A stretch of 64,000 nt of DNA from an uncultured virus (IMG/VR IMGVR_UViG_3300043108_000047) (IMGVR_UViG_3300043108_000047:1-64000); one strand, 5' to 3'; positions 1 through 10,093 are shown, numbered from the stretch's first letter. The notes: a model not told the origin generated them from the letters alone. Translations and numbers: made by a program.

Positions 1-2
1 CC

Positions 3-236
3 TCTGAAACTAAATCTGTTCAAAGAAGAGGTAGGGTCGTTAGAAAGGAAGGCGATAAGATAGCAGAGATATTTAATTTGGTAATTGACCAAACAGTAGA
101 AACAAAATGGTTTTCTAATTCTCACCAAACTACGGAATATATTACTATAGACGAAAAAGGTCTTGATAATGTATTAGATGGGAAAGAACCAGAACCATAT
201 GTAAAGAAAATAAAAGATTTTACATTTAGATATTAA
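3..236 (+). CDS. SF2 helicase, C-terminal fragment (5' truncated by window)
   Basis: Manual translation of frame 3: SVQRRGRVVRKEGDK...FTFRY*; QRxGRxxR is SF2 motif VI; TAA at 234-236. Confidence 0.75.
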   Translation, partial: SETKSVQRRGRVVRKEGDKIAEIFNLVIDQTVETKWFSNSHQTTEYITIDEKGLDNVLDGKEPEPYVKKIKDFTFRY

Positions 237-326
237 CGTATGTAGTGATTCCGCTCCGAAAGGAGAATAAACATTTTACAGTTTAGAGATTGCAACTTTT
301 TAAGTAAATATCTTTAAACTAGAAAT

Positions 327-947
327 TTGAAACATTTAACTCTAAGTTTAGAAGAGGAAATAAATCTCTTGGACAAATATAATTTAACTCCTAATGAATT
401 CCTAATAGTTAAAGTTCTTCTATTATTGCAAGATAATGAAGAAGAAGAATTGTTTTATAATTTAATAACAACTATAAAACATATTGGGCTTGCATTGCGA
501 GATATTCTTATTAGTTTACAAGAGAAGGGTGTAATTTTAAAAACATATAAAGTACCATCTGAAGGAACTAAATTTGATCCTTTTGCTATTCCTATTAATA
601 AGAATTTTGTAAAGCATTTTTATAAATGTTCTTTTGAAATAGGTAAAGAATTATTTGATAATTATCCTCAGTTCGCTACTATTAACGGTTGTGTAGTACC
701 CCTACGTACTGTTGCTAAGAAGTTTGATTCATTAGAACAAGCTTATCTTAAATATGGTAGAGCAATTGGATTTAATCCAGAAAAGCATGAGAAAATTATA
801 GAATTAGTTAAATGGGCAAAAGACAATAATATCTTAAATTGTTCTTTAGCTTCATTTATAGTTAATGAAGGGTGGCACGATTTAGAGGCTCTCAGAAATG
901 GTAAAGATGTGGCAAATATTAATTATGATGCAGTTAGAATTTTATGA
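327..947 (+). CDS. hypothetical protein coupled to DnaB (possible replication initiator/loader)
   Basis: 206-aa ORF with TTG start and ATGA overlap with the helicase; function inferred from position only. Confidence 0.6.
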   Translation: MKHLTLSLEEEINLLDKYNLTPNEFLIVKVLLLLQDNEEEELFYNLITTIKHIGLALRDILISLQEKGVILKTYKVPSEGTKFDPFAIPINKNFVKHFYKCSFEIGKELFDNYPQFATINGCVVPLRTVAKKFDSLEQAYLKYGRAIGFNPEKHEKIIELVKWAKDNNILNCSLASFIVNEGWHDLEALRNGKDVANINYDAVRIL

Positions 948-1715
948 TTGCAGAATCATTACTTCATCAGATTGAAGTAGGTAGATTAGGTAAGCAGTGG
1001 GGATACTCAATGGGTCTCCCAAAATTAGAAGAGATAATAGATGGAGTATCTAGAGGAATTTATACTTTAGTATTTAGTCCTACTGGTAGTGGTAAGAGTT
1101 CACTTGCTTTATATTCTTATGTATATAGACCATTAATGGAACATCTTGATGATGGTAATTTTAAAGTTAGTTATTTTTCATTAGAGATGAGCGCCGAAAT
1201 GATCTATGCTAAGATATTAAGTATGTATATCTTTGAAACTTATGGAATAGAGTTGTCTACTGGAGAACTTCTTTCTAGAAAACGTAATTATAAATTATCT
1301 GATGATTATTATAAAATAACTCAAGAATGTTTACCTTGGTTACAGAAGGTTGAAAAGATTTTAGTTATTTATGATAAAGCATTAAATGCTAGTAGTTTAT
1401 ATACAATCTTAATGGCTCAACTAGAAAAAGATGGCAAGTTTGAAGAAACAGATGGTAGAAAAATATATCATCCTAGTAATGAAGAACTTACTCATTTAGT
1501 AGTTATAGACCATTTAAGTTTAGTAAGAAGGTCTAATGGACGTACTCTAAAAGAAGAAATGGATTTAATATCCTCCTATTTGGTAACATTAAGAAATATA
1601 TGTAAAATTAGTCCGCTTGTAATTATGCAAGCAAATCGAAATTCTACTTCTATGGATAGAAGAAAAGAAGGATTAAATAACTTAAGAATTGATGATACCA
1701 AAGATACTGGTGCGC
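944..1715 (+). CDS. dnaB: DnaB-like replicative helicase, exon 1
   Basis: Walker A SPTGSGKS, FSLEMS, VIDHL and MQANR motifs; splicing restores KDTGAPAQDSEII (DnaB SGxxxQDAD motif); spliced length 359 aa. Confidence 0.88.
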
Positions 1716-1967
1716 CAAATTAGGGCTAGACGCACCTAAAACTCCGTTAAACGGGGAAACTCCTAAATAGGACAATCCCGTGCTAAATCCTTTAGAAATA
1801 AAGGAAAACGCCTAACGACTAGAAGTGATGCTAAACAGGTAGAGCTGTAGCTATAAAATCTTCCACGAAAGCGGGGCACTGCTTACATTTGTAAGTTAAA
1901 GAGATAGTCTGAACTATATAGTAATATATAGAAGTATAAGATAAAGAACTTATACGATAACATTATG
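1716..1967 (+). mobile_element. group I intron (ORF-less) in dnaB
   Basis: P1 GGTGCG/CGCACC; P10 GGGCT/AGCCC; Q aatcccgtgc, R ctaacgactag, S aagagatagtct; terminal G at 1967. Confidence 0.88.
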
Positions 1968-2275
1968 CAGCCCAGGATTCGGAAATAATTATATCTATTT
2001 TTAATCCTCATAGAGAAAAATTAGCTAGTTATAGAGGATATGACATAAAACAGTTAGGTGCTAATTTTAGAAGTATAACAGTTTTAAAGAATAGATATGG
2101 AGAATCTGATGTAGAAGTAGGATGTGCCTTTTATGGTGCAGTTTCAATATTTTCAGAACTTCCAAAACCAGATGAAATTTATGATTATGCAAAGTATAAA
2201 AGTTCCGAATGGCTTTTAGCTAATAGTAAAGAAGATACAGAAGAAAAACAATCAAAACACAATTTTGTATTATAA
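1968..2275 (+). CDS. dnaB: DnaB-like helicase, exon 2 (absent from ORF track)
   Basis: AQDSEIIISIFNPHREK...ITVLKNRYGES (KNRxG arginine finger)...HNFVL*; TAATG overlap with next gene. Confidence 0.88.
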
Positions 2276-2541
2276 TGGCAGCGCAGACAATATTAATTTT
2301 AGGTGAAAGTGGACAAGGTAAAAGTTCTAGTTTAAGAAATTTAAATGCGGAAGAAACATTTATTATTTCTACTACTTCTAAACCTCTTCCTTGGAGAGGT
2401 TGGAAAAAGCACTTTAAGAAATGGGATCCTAAAACTAGTCCAGAGGGTAATTGGTATCAAACTTCTAAATCTTCTAATATAATTACTATTGTTAAATATG
2501 TTAACTCTAAGAGACCGGAGATAAAGAATATCGTAGTCGAT
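2275..2541 (+). CDS. AAA_24/Sak4-like P-loop ATPase, exon 1
   Basis: Walker A GESGQGKS; ends at Walker B IVVD, completed to IVVD|DLQY by splicing; spliced length 229 aa. Confidence 0.85.
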
Positions 2542-2755
2542 AAGTAAAAATTGTCGACTTTAAATCCCGTTAATTGCTGGGACATCCTTAGAGCTTTATA
2601 AACTACAACGATGATTAGTAATAATGAACGTGAATGTTTAAAAATTATAAAGATTGGACAATCAGCAGCCAAGATTCTATATGGCGAAATAGAATAAGGT
2701 TCACAGACTATCCTTTATGGAGTAAAAATTGAAAAACAAATATTTGCTTTTTAAT

Positions 2756-2786
2756 TTTGAAAAGCGGGAAATTTAGAGTATATTTG
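2756..2786 (+). promoter_or_regulatory. Bacteroidetes-type promoter for intron endonuclease
   Basis: TTTG(2756)-N19-TATATTTG(2779) matches the -33/-7 consensus TTTG-N19-21-TAnnTTTG. Confidence 0.7.
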
Positions 2787-2820
2787 AAGTAAATTATTAA
2801 TAATAAATTTATTTCAAAAT

Positions 2821-3747
2821 ATGCAACAAAATAATTATTCATTTTATGTTCTTAAATCGGACATATCGCCAGACGAAATTCGTTATGTAGGAGTAACTAC
2901 TCAAAAATTAGATAGAAGATTTTCTCAACATAAATACTGTGCTAACCATCCAGAAAAAAGAGGATTACCTGTTCATAAATGGATATACTCTGTATATAAA
3001 AATGGGGGCTCAGTTATTATAGAGAAAATAGACGAATGCTCAGAAGAAGCTTGGGAAGCTAGAGAGCAATACTGGATTAGTTATTATAAAAACCTTGGAC
3101 ATAAATTAATGAATATTGACAAAGGAGGAAAAGGTGTAATAACTAAAGAAAAAAGAAGTATTGATTCTCTTACAAGAGCAGGAAATGCCCATAAAAAACC
3201 GATAACAGCATTTAATTTAGATGGCACTAAATATAAAGATTTTGATTCTATTACTGAAGCAGCAGCTGAATTAAACGGATCAATAACTAATATAGATAGT
3301 GTATTAAATGGTAATTCTAAATCAGCTTGTGGTTTTATATGGAAATATAAAACAGAAGAAGAAAAAATAGATTCTTATAAAAAAGAATCTATTGGAATTA
3401 AAATATATCAGTTTGATTTATATGGAAATTTATTAAGAGAATTTGAAAGTAAAAAGTGTGTAATTCAATTCCTTAATAAAAATAGCCACCACGCGTTGGA
3501 TAAAGCCATAAAAAATAAAACTGAATATAAAAGGTTCTTTTGGGCATTAACTGATAAAATAAATATTTCCGAGTATGTATCTCCATTTAAATATAAGATT
3601 ACTAAAAATGGAGAGGAAGTAATTCAATTAATAGAACAAAAAGAAGTTGCTGAGTATTTATGTATATCTAAATCTGCTGTTAATCAGTGGTTAAAGAAAT
3701 ATAACGGATCGTTTTCATGTAATAATTATATTGTTGATACAATCTAA
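2821..3747 (+). CDS. GIY-YIG homing endonuclease with NUMOD1 repeats
   Basis: FYVL...YVGVT...RFSQH, EAREQYWI, LMN; repeated FDSITEAA...GFIWKY / IYQFDLYGNLLREFES modules. Confidence 0.88.
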   Translation: MQQNNYSFYVLKSDISPDEIRYVGVTTQKLDRRFSQHKYCANHPEKRGLPVHKWIYSVYKNGGSVIIEKIDECSEEAWEAREQYWISYYKNLGHKLMNIDKGGKGVITKEKRSIDSLTRAGNAHKKPITAFNLDGTKYKDFDSITEAAAELNGSITNIDSVLNGNSKSACGFIWKYKTEEEKIDSYKKESIGIKIYQFDLYGNLLREFESKKCVIQFLNKNSHHALDKAIKNKTEYKRFFWALTDKINISEYVSPFKYKITKNGEEVIQLIEQKEVAEYLCISKSAVNQWLKKYNGSFSCNNYIVDTI

Positions 3748-3792
3748 ATTAAGATATAGTCGGTCTTATATTGAAAAATATAAGGTTGCACG

Positions 3793-4215
3793 GATTTGCA
3801 ATATACCATGTCTTTCGAATACATGGATCGTAGGTCTGAAACTGGATTTACTAAGTTTTCTGATATTGGTGGAGACTTTACTGATCTTTTAAGAGTTGCA
3901 GATATTATTAGAGATGATATTAAACTTATCTTCACAGGACACAGTGAGAATGTCGGAGATGCTATGAACCCACACTGGAGTTTGAAAACAATTGGCAAAA
4001 TGGTTAATGAAAAGATTACTCCAGAAGGTTTGTTTACTTATGTTTTCTACGCGATGGCTATACCAGGAGATAATAAAATGGAATATAAATTTCTTACTAA
4101 TACAGATGGTGAGCATGTCGCTAAAACTCCTCTAGGAATGTTTGAAGAACAACTAATAGATAATGATGTTGCAGAGATTATTAAGATTATAGACGCATAT
4201 AACGAAGGAGAATAA
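3793..4215 (+). CDS. AAA ATPase, exon 2
   Basis: DLQYTMSFEYM...IFTGH...KTIGKMVNEKITPEGLFTYV...AKTPLGMF, a typical AAA_24 C-terminal half. Confidence 0.85.
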   Translation, partial: DLQYTMSFEYMDRRSETGFTKFSDIGGDFTDLLRVADIIRDDIKLIFTGHSENVGDAMNPHWSLKTIGKMVNEKITPEGLFTYVFYAMAIPGDNKMEYKFLTNTDGEHVAKTPLGMFEEQLIDNDVAEIIKIIDAYNEGE

Positions 4216-4775
4216 TGATAGTTGAAGAATTCACATTGACTCTTAAGTATCAAGTATCAATAAATAGTGATACTGGAGAGATGACTACAAAATGTATCAG
4301 TCGTACAATAGACAAACCAAAAACCAAAAAGAATAATGAGGATGAAAATCCACAATTAATCTTGGAGGATAACAAGTACAAACTTAATAGTGCAGCTATT
4401 GATTTAATGGGGCTTTCTCCAGATGATAAAGTTGATATTAAGTATGAAAAAAGAGGTTCTAACATGGTTCCTATTATAGGAACTGATGAAGCCTTTGGAA
4501 CAAAAGGAGGCAATCGCCTTACTAAAAGTAACACTGTAGCATGTAGGGGCAGTAAAAATGATGAACTTTCTAAGTATGGTTCTATTTTTACTATTACCAC
4601 GCATGAAAGTAAAGAGAATCTATTTGTTTTACATGGAGATTCTCAACCTGAAGAAATATCTAAAGGAGATGAAAATATTTCAATAGAGGATCTCGATGAA
4701 GAACTTCCTGTTGATTTATCTAGTTTAGATTTAGAAGAAGACATAAACTCATCCGATTTTTCATTTAATTTATAA
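4215..4775 (+). CDS. hypothetical protein, acidic C-terminal tail
   Basis: 186-aa ORF, TAATG-coupled. Confidence 0.7.
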   Translation: MIVEEFTLTLKYQVSINSDTGEMTTKCISRTIDKPKTKKNNEDENPQLILEDNKYKLNSAAIDLMGLSPDDKVDIKYEKRGSNMVPIIGTDEAFGTKGGNRLTKSNTVACRGSKNDELSKYGSIFTITTHESKENLFVLHGDSQPEEISKGDENISIEDLDEELPVDLSSLDLEEDINSSDFSFNL

Positions 4776-4792
4776 TAAAAAGTAATATAATT

Positions 4793-5488
4793 ATGGCAGA
4801 ATTTAATTTTGGTTCACTCGCAAACACTCAGGCAGTTTCTAATGTTCAACAACGTCTTAAACCTTGGAATATTTATAATGTAAAGTTTACAGGTGCTCGT
4901 ATTGACGTTATTCAGGGCAAGAAAGACCCTAATGCAACCTATAATATTCTTAAAGTAAGATTTGACGGTGAAGATGGATATTATGAAGAGTCTATTTTCT
5001 TCCCTAAAGAAGGAGATGACCAACGTCCTATGTACACTAGTAAGGATGGTCATGAGTATCCGGGAGCATCTTCATTTGATCGTACTATGACTTTTATTGC
5101 ACAAGTAAGTGAAGTTCTTAATCCAGAAGGTTGGAAGAAATTGCAAGCAGCAAGTGTACGTTTTAAGAGTTTTGATGATGTTGCAAAAGCTTTTATTGCA
5201 ATCCTTGATAAAGTTAAAGGTAAGGAGACTAAACTTAAACTTGTAGGTAAAACCAAAGATAATCAAGTTCAAGCAGTTCTTCCTAAGTTTGTAGCTATTG
5301 ATAAGCAAGGAAATAAATTTACTTGTGATAATTTTATTGGGGATAAATTGTTCTTTTCTGCATATGAGGAATCTAAGAAAGCAGAATATGAAAATGCAAA
5401 ACCAACTGCAATGCCTTCTAAGCCTGCCGAAAATCTAGAGATTGATAATGCTGGTTCCGAAGACATTGATTTCTCATCCCTTCTCTAA
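4793..5488 (+). CDS. putative single-stranded DNA-binding protein
   Basis: 231 aa, beta-rich, acidic/hydrophobic tail (EDIDFSSLL); lies between AAA ATPase and primase. Confidence 0.5.
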   Translation: MAEFNFGSLANTQAVSNVQQRLKPWNIYNVKFTGARIDVIQGKKDPNATYNILKVRFDGEDGYYEESIFFPKEGDDQRPMYTSKDGHEYPGASSFDRTMTFIAQVSEVLNPEGWKKLQAASVRFKSFDDVAKAFIAILDKVKGKETKLKLVGKTKDNQVQAVLPKFVAIDKQGNKFTCDNFIGDKLFFSAYEESKKAEYENAKPTAMPSKPAENLEIDNAGSEDIDFSSLL

Positions 5489-5510
5489 TGATTAGTTGAA
5501 TTTTGGAAAC

Positions 5511-5541
5511 TTTGGTTTTTGCTAGAAATTATATAAATTTG
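5511..5541 (+). promoter_or_regulatory. Bacteroidetes-type promoter upstream of primase
   Basis: TTTG(5511)-N19-TAAATTTG(5534). Confidence 0.7.
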
Positions 5542-5562
5542 CATTAAAATATAATATAGTTT

Positions 5563-6573
5563 ATGAATTTCCAGTTTGAAACTAAGGTAACCAAGGAATT
5601 AATACTTTCTAGGTTTTCCGAGGAACAAATAATGGAATATTATTTACGAGTCCCTGTAAAGCATGGATTGTTTAGATCTCCCTTAAGAAGAGATAAACAA
5701 CCAACTTGTAGTTTTTATAGAAACAAATCAGGAGAATTAATTTTTAAAGATTTTGCAACTGGACAACATTTAAATATATTTGGCATAGTTCAAAGTATGT
5801 TTGGTTGTTCCTACTATGAGGCTTTACGTATAATAGCAAATGATTTAGGAATTGTAAAGAATAGTTCTATTACTCGGAATCCTGGAAAGATTAATGAAAA
5901 TCCAGTAACAATTAAAGATAAAGAGATGTCTAAAATCCAAGTTGAAGTACAAGATTTCACTGAATTAGAATTAAAATGGTGGAAGAAGTATGGTATAACT
6001 TTGGATATTTTAAAAAGATTTGATGTTTATTCTTGTAAATATATATTTCTTAATGATCAAGTTTTTGCTAAATCCCAACAACATTGTCCTATATTTGGAT
6101 ATTATGGTAAGAAATATCAAGGTATGGAACTTTGGAGATGTTATTTTCCAAAAAGAACTTCTTTTAGATTTATAACAAATTGGCCCAGTAAGAAAATACA
6201 AGGATTTGACCAACTTCCTAAAGAAGGAAAATTATTAGTAATCACAAAATCCATGAAAGACTGTATGTGCTTATATTCTATGGGCATTACAGCTATTGCT
6301 CCTAATTCTGAAACCCAATTTATATCAGATACAGTATTGGAAAATCTAAAACAAAGATTTAAATATATTGTAGTATTATTTGATAATGATTATACCGGAA
6401 TTTCATTTATGTCTAAAATAAAAAAGAAGCATCCAGAATTAATTTATACTTGGTTGCCCAGAAAAAGTGGAGCAAAAGATATTAGTGATTATTATAAAGA
6501 AAATGGAAGAAGTAAAACATTAAATTTAATAAAGAGTTTTGTATTATGGCTAAGAAATCATAGAAAGAATTGA
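5563..6573 (+). CDS. DNA primase (TOPRIM)
   Basis: SPLRRDKQPTCSF...FKDFATG (degenerate CHC2 zinc-binding domain), ITKSMKD, TOPRIM LFDNDYTG, KDISDY. Confidence 0.85.
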   Translation: MNFQFETKVTKELILSRFSEEQIMEYYLRVPVKHGLFRSPLRRDKQPTCSFYRNKSGELIFKDFATGQHLNIFGIVQSMFGCSYYEALRIIANDLGIVKNSSITRNPGKINENPVTIKDKEMSKIQVEVQDFTELELKWWKKYGITLDILKRFDVYSCKYIFLNDQVFAKSQQHCPIFGYYGKKYQGMELWRCYFPKRTSFRFITNWPSKKIQGFDQLPKEGKLLVITKSMKDCMCLYSMGITAIAPNSETQFISDTVLENLKQRFKYIVVLFDNDYTGISFMSKIKKKHPELIYTWLPRKSGAKDISDYYKENGRSKTLNLIKSFVLWLRNHRKN

Positions 6574-7109
6574 ATACATCGTGTAAAGCAACTTTTAAAA
6601 GTGGGACTAGTAAAGAATATTCTTCTATTGAAGAAGCTAGTTTAGAAACAGGTATTAGTATAGCATCTATTAAAATACGGTGTAATAAACCTGGAACTGG
6701 AGGAAAGGATAAAACTGTATTTGAATGGTTAGATCCAAAAACTGCAGCGCATTATAGAGCTAAAAAATCTAAATCTAAAGGAAAAGATTTAGAATATGAG
6801 ATCGTAGAACGATTAAAATCTATAGGATATTCTGGAGTTTGTAGATCAGCAGGCGAAAGTAAGGCTTTAGATAATAATAAAGTGGATATTGCAGATACTA
6901 ACAATGAATTAGAAGTAGCAATTCAAGCTAAACACTATGCTAATTTTCCTAATTATTTTAATATTCGTTCTAGCTGTACTGATCCTAGAGAATTAGTAAT
7001 GATATGGAAGAAAAGTGCTGAAGCTGGTTCTATAAGTAAAGGCACACTAGCTGTAATGGACGTTGATTTATTTTACAAATTATTAGAGACTTATCATAAA
7101 AACAAATGA
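6570..7109 (+). CDS. PD-(D/E)XK Holliday junction resolvase-like nuclease with N-terminal NUMOD1-like HTH
   Basis: SKSKGKDLEYEIVERL...VDI...IQAK (Hjc-like); EYSSIEEASLETGISIASI. Confidence 0.65.
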   Translation: MNTSCKATFKSGTSKEYSSIEEASLETGISIASIKIRCNKPGTGGKDKTVFEWLDPKTAAHYRAKKSKSKGKDLEYEIVERLKSIGYSGVCRSAGESKALDNNKVDIADTNNELEVAIQAKHYANFPNYFNIRSSCTDPRELVMIWKKSAEAGSISKGTLAVMDVDLFYKLLETYHKNK

Positions 7110-7321
7110 ATAAATATATAATTCCTATTTGTGATCTTGAAGAAGTATGGATTCTTACTATAATGGCACGCTCTACATCTGCTTGTCAAGATAAAATTAT
7201 AGAAAATTTAACAGACAGGTATGATATAGAAGAATGTAATAATTATAGAGAATTTGTACAAGTTGCAGATTCTAAATATAATATCCTTATAGGAGATATA
7301 AAAGATATAGAAGAACTATGA
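7106..7321 (+). CDS. hypothetical protein
   Basis: 71-aa ORF with ATGA overlaps at both ends. Confidence 0.7.
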   Translation: MNKYIIPICDLEEVWILTIMARSTSACQDKIIENLTDRYDIEECNNYREFVQVADSKYNILIGDIKDIEEL

Positions 7322-7839
7322 ATTTAAAAGTATCTATGGATCTTGATGGCTGTCTATGTGACTTTTATGGTGCCTATTTCTCTAGGTTCGGAAAAGCATC
7401 TAAAGACTCCGCAATAACAAAAAACGTTACAACAATACTAATTAAAGATAAAGAGTTCTGGATGAATCTTCCAGTACTAAATACATTAAATTGGATTCCA
7501 AGACAATATACTACTGCTCGAATTATACATAAGAGTTGGACTAGAGAGTATTTGGATAACAAACAATTTCCTAAAGCACCAATCTATCAGGTTTATGGAT
7601 ATGGTTTAAGTAAATATGCTAAAATTAAAATGGGGGGCTGTCATCTGCATATAGATGATAGCCTTTCTGTATTTAAAGACTTAAATTCAAAAGGAATTCC
7701 ATGTTTATTGCTAGATAGTCCTACTAATCAAAATTGGGGGCCTATAGGTAGAATTTATTCATTGGATGCTGATGAAATAGAAGATTCATATTGGTTATTT
7801 AAACAAACTTTATTTCCCTATTTTAAAGAACTTCTATGA
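7318..7839 (+). CDS. HAD-family 5'(3')-deoxyribonucleotidase-like protein
   Basis: DLDGCLCDF (DxD motif I), TTAR, HIDDS motif IV. Confidence 0.75.
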   Translation: MNLKVSMDLDGCLCDFYGAYFSRFGKASKDSAITKNVTTILIKDKEFWMNLPVLNTLNWIPRQYTTARIIHKSWTREYLDNKQFPKAPIYQVYGYGLSKYAKIKMGGCHLHIDDSLSVFKDLNSKGIPCLLLDSPTNQNWGPIGRIYSLDADEIEDSYWLFKQTLFPYFKELL

Positions 7840-8855
7840 AAATAACTCCATTATTAGATACTTTAAGACTAGAGAAAATTAGTGATGCAGAATACTTTTC
7901 TGAAAAGTATAGTAATTATATTAGTAATTCTAGATTAGGATTAATAAATCCAGAACAAGATGGTTCTGTTGAAAAGTTCTTTGAAGGATTTAAACCTATG
8001 TATAGTGCAGCATTCGATTTAGGTAGTGGGGTGCATGAACTTACATTACAAGAAAATCTCTTTGAAGTATGCTGGGATGCAGATAAACCTACAGCTAAAA
8101 TGGGAGCATTAGCAGATAGATTATATCCGATTTTTAAAGATGGAAATCTTACAGATCAAGATATACTAGAACAAGCTACTATTATAGATTATTATGGAGG
8201 ACAACTATCTGAGTCTGGAATACAAAAAGTAAAAGATAAATGTGAACAATATTGGAAAGATCGACAACAATGTGAATCTCAATATAAAGGTACTAAGGAA
8301 TTATTATTTTTTGATCCTAGAAGTAGAAGTATTGTAAAGGATTGTGTAGATGCATTGGCTAAGAATATGCGAATACAACAATTACTTCATCCTACAGGAT
8401 TGTTAACGACTCCAGTATCTGAAACAGAACAAGCAATTCTATTAGATGTTGAAATTGAAATAGAAAATTGCCCTAAATTTAAATTGAGATTAAAGTCTAA
8501 ATTAGATCACTATTCAATTGATTGTGAATCTAATATCATTACTGTGAATGACGTAAAGACAATTGGTAAAGTAGTTTCTGAAATGGGAAATAATATATCT
8601 AAATTCCATTATAATAGAGAAATTGCTATGTATAGTTGGCTTTTAAGTTTATGTGCTAAAAAATTCTATAATCTAGATAATCCTACTATAAAAGGAAATT
8701 ATTTAGTAGTTTCTACTCTTCCTAAAAATTATACTAAAGTAGTTCCTATGACCAAGCAAATGTATAAAGAAGGATGGTCGGAATTTGTAAAATTACTAAA
8801 ATTAGTAGCACAAACAGTGTCCGAAACACATCATGATTTTGGAATATGGATATAA
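7836..8855 (+). CDS. RecE/ExoVIII-like PD-(D/E)XK exonuclease
   Basis: ISNSRL, LGSGVH, LKSKLDH...VNDVKT, HYNREIAMY. Confidence 0.75.
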   Translation: MKITPLLDTLRLEKISDAEYFSEKYSNYISNSRLGLINPEQDGSVEKFFEGFKPMYSAAFDLGSGVHELTLQENLFEVCWDADKPTAKMGALADRLYPIFKDGNLTDQDILEQATIIDYYGGQLSESGIQKVKDKCEQYWKDRQQCESQYKGTKELLFFDPRSRSIVKDCVDALAKNMRIQQLLHPTGLLTTPVSETEQAILLDVEIEIENCPKFKLRLKSKLDHYSIDCESNIITVNDVKTIGKVVSEMGNNISKFHYNREIAMYSWLLSLCAKKFYNLDNPTIKGNYLVVSTLPKNYTKVVPMTKQMYKEGWSEFVKLLKLVAQTVSETHHDFGIWI

Positions 8856-9187
8856 TAACCACACCTCCGTATGAAACAATGCAAAGACTTTATAATACAT
8901 ATTTTTCTCTTAAATATTTAGGAAAAGATATTAATAGTAAATTTGCATTAATAAGTCTAGTTTGTTATATTACTGAAAAATTAAAAGAAAAGAAACCTGA
9001 TTGGACACATTGGAAAACTTTATATAGTATAAATAAAGGATCTGTTCCAGAAGATTTTTTAAAAGGTTTGGCAGTAATATGTTCTGATTTCGCATATGGA
9101 TGCACTTCATTTCCAACTTTTGGAATAGAGGATAAGAAAATTCCAGCTAAAATAAAAGAGTTATTGGATTCTTATCTTCCATTTTAA
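8846..9187 (+). CDS. hypothetical protein
   Basis: 113-aa ORF overlapping upstream stop. Confidence 0.7.
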   Translation: MDIITTPPYETMQRLYNTYFSLKYLGKDINSKFALISLVCYITEKLKEKKPDWTHWKTLYSINKGSVPEDFLKGLAVICSDFAYGCTSFPTFGIEDKKIPAKIKELLDSYLPF

Positions 9188-9267
9188 AGTCTATGTTACA
9201 TAGGCTTTACAGTTCGTATAGATACAATCTATTAACACCTTTTAACAATTAAAATATTGATTTTATT

Positions 9268-9398
9268 TTTGAGTATTTGATAATAATATTATATTTGCAA
9301 GTACTCCGATTGCTTAGAGGGGTAGAGATAAAAATGAGAAATTTTAGATTATTTTACAATTTATTCTTTTGATAATTCGATAAAAAGTAGTAAATTTG
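9268..9398 (+). promoter_or_regulatory. tandem Bacteroidetes-type promoters
   Basis: TTTG(9268)-N18-TATATTTG(9290) and TTTG(9368)-N19-TAAATTTG(9391). Confidence 0.7.
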
Positions 9399-9456
9399 TA
9401 TATAGTTAGAATGGAGATGATAATACGAACTAATGTTTAAAAATATTTATTGAATT

Positions 9457-10014
9457 ATGGACAAAATTTTGAATTTTAAGAAGCTTGAAGTAAATGGTGC
9501 AACAAAGGAAGAGGCATTGGCAAAGGCACCTTTTGATATTATGGGTAATGCAACTCCGGCATATAAGCTATGGCGTAAGAAGCAAGTAAACGGTATTACT
9601 GAGTCTGATAAGAAGCAGTTTATGCTTGATTATCTTGCAAATAAGTCTAAGAATTGTGCTAATGTTGGTTTTTATATTGTAGTAGAGTCAGCTGTAGCTG
9701 ACACTCGTGAGCGTCCTTATCGTATTAATGATGTAAAGAATGAGAAGGGTACTCGTCATTATAAGACTGTTTATCAAATTAAGGATGCAGCTACTGGTGC
9801 TGTTCTCGCTGAAACTAATGAAACCAAGGCTAAGGCTAAGGAACTTGCTAAAGCTCTTTATACAAATGCAGAGAATCCGTATAAGGGTAATTTGGTTTGT
9901 ACTTATACTAAGCAGGTTGTTGACGGTGAACCTACTGCATTTACAGTAGATTATACTCCTTCAAAGAGTTCACAAATGGGCACATACATTGTATTTGGTA
10001 TTGAAAGAGACTAA
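9457..10014 (+). CDS. hypothetical protein, probably highly expressed
   Basis: 185 aa; codon usage rich in aag/gct/cgt; own promoters and terminator. Confidence 0.8.
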   Translation: MDKILNFKKLEVNGATKEEALAKAPFDIMGNATPAYKLWRKKQVNGITESDKKQFMLDYLANKSKNCANVGFYIVVESAVADTRERPYRINDVKNEKGTRHYKTVYQIKDAATGAVLAETNETKAKAKELAKALYTNAENPYKGNLVCTYTKQVVDGEPTAFTVDYTPSKSSQMGTYIVFGIERD

Positions 10015-10061
10015 TTTAAAATAAAATTAGTGATTTAATTTAAAATTGATAATTGCTTGAC

Positions 10062-10093
10062 AGGGTGGTATCTTCGGGTATCACCCTATTTTT
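10062..10093 (+). terminator. intrinsic terminator
   Basis: AGGGTGGTATC-TTCG-GGTATCACCCT followed by ATTTTT. Confidence 0.8.

Larger units (their letters stand above)
2542..3792 (+). mobile_element. group I intron with GIY-YIG endonuclease in P8
   Basis: P1 GTCGAT|.../GTCGAC with U-G pair; P aattgctggga, Q aatcagcagcc, R tcacagacta, S aagatatagtc (3751); terminal G at 3792. Confidence 0.92.
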
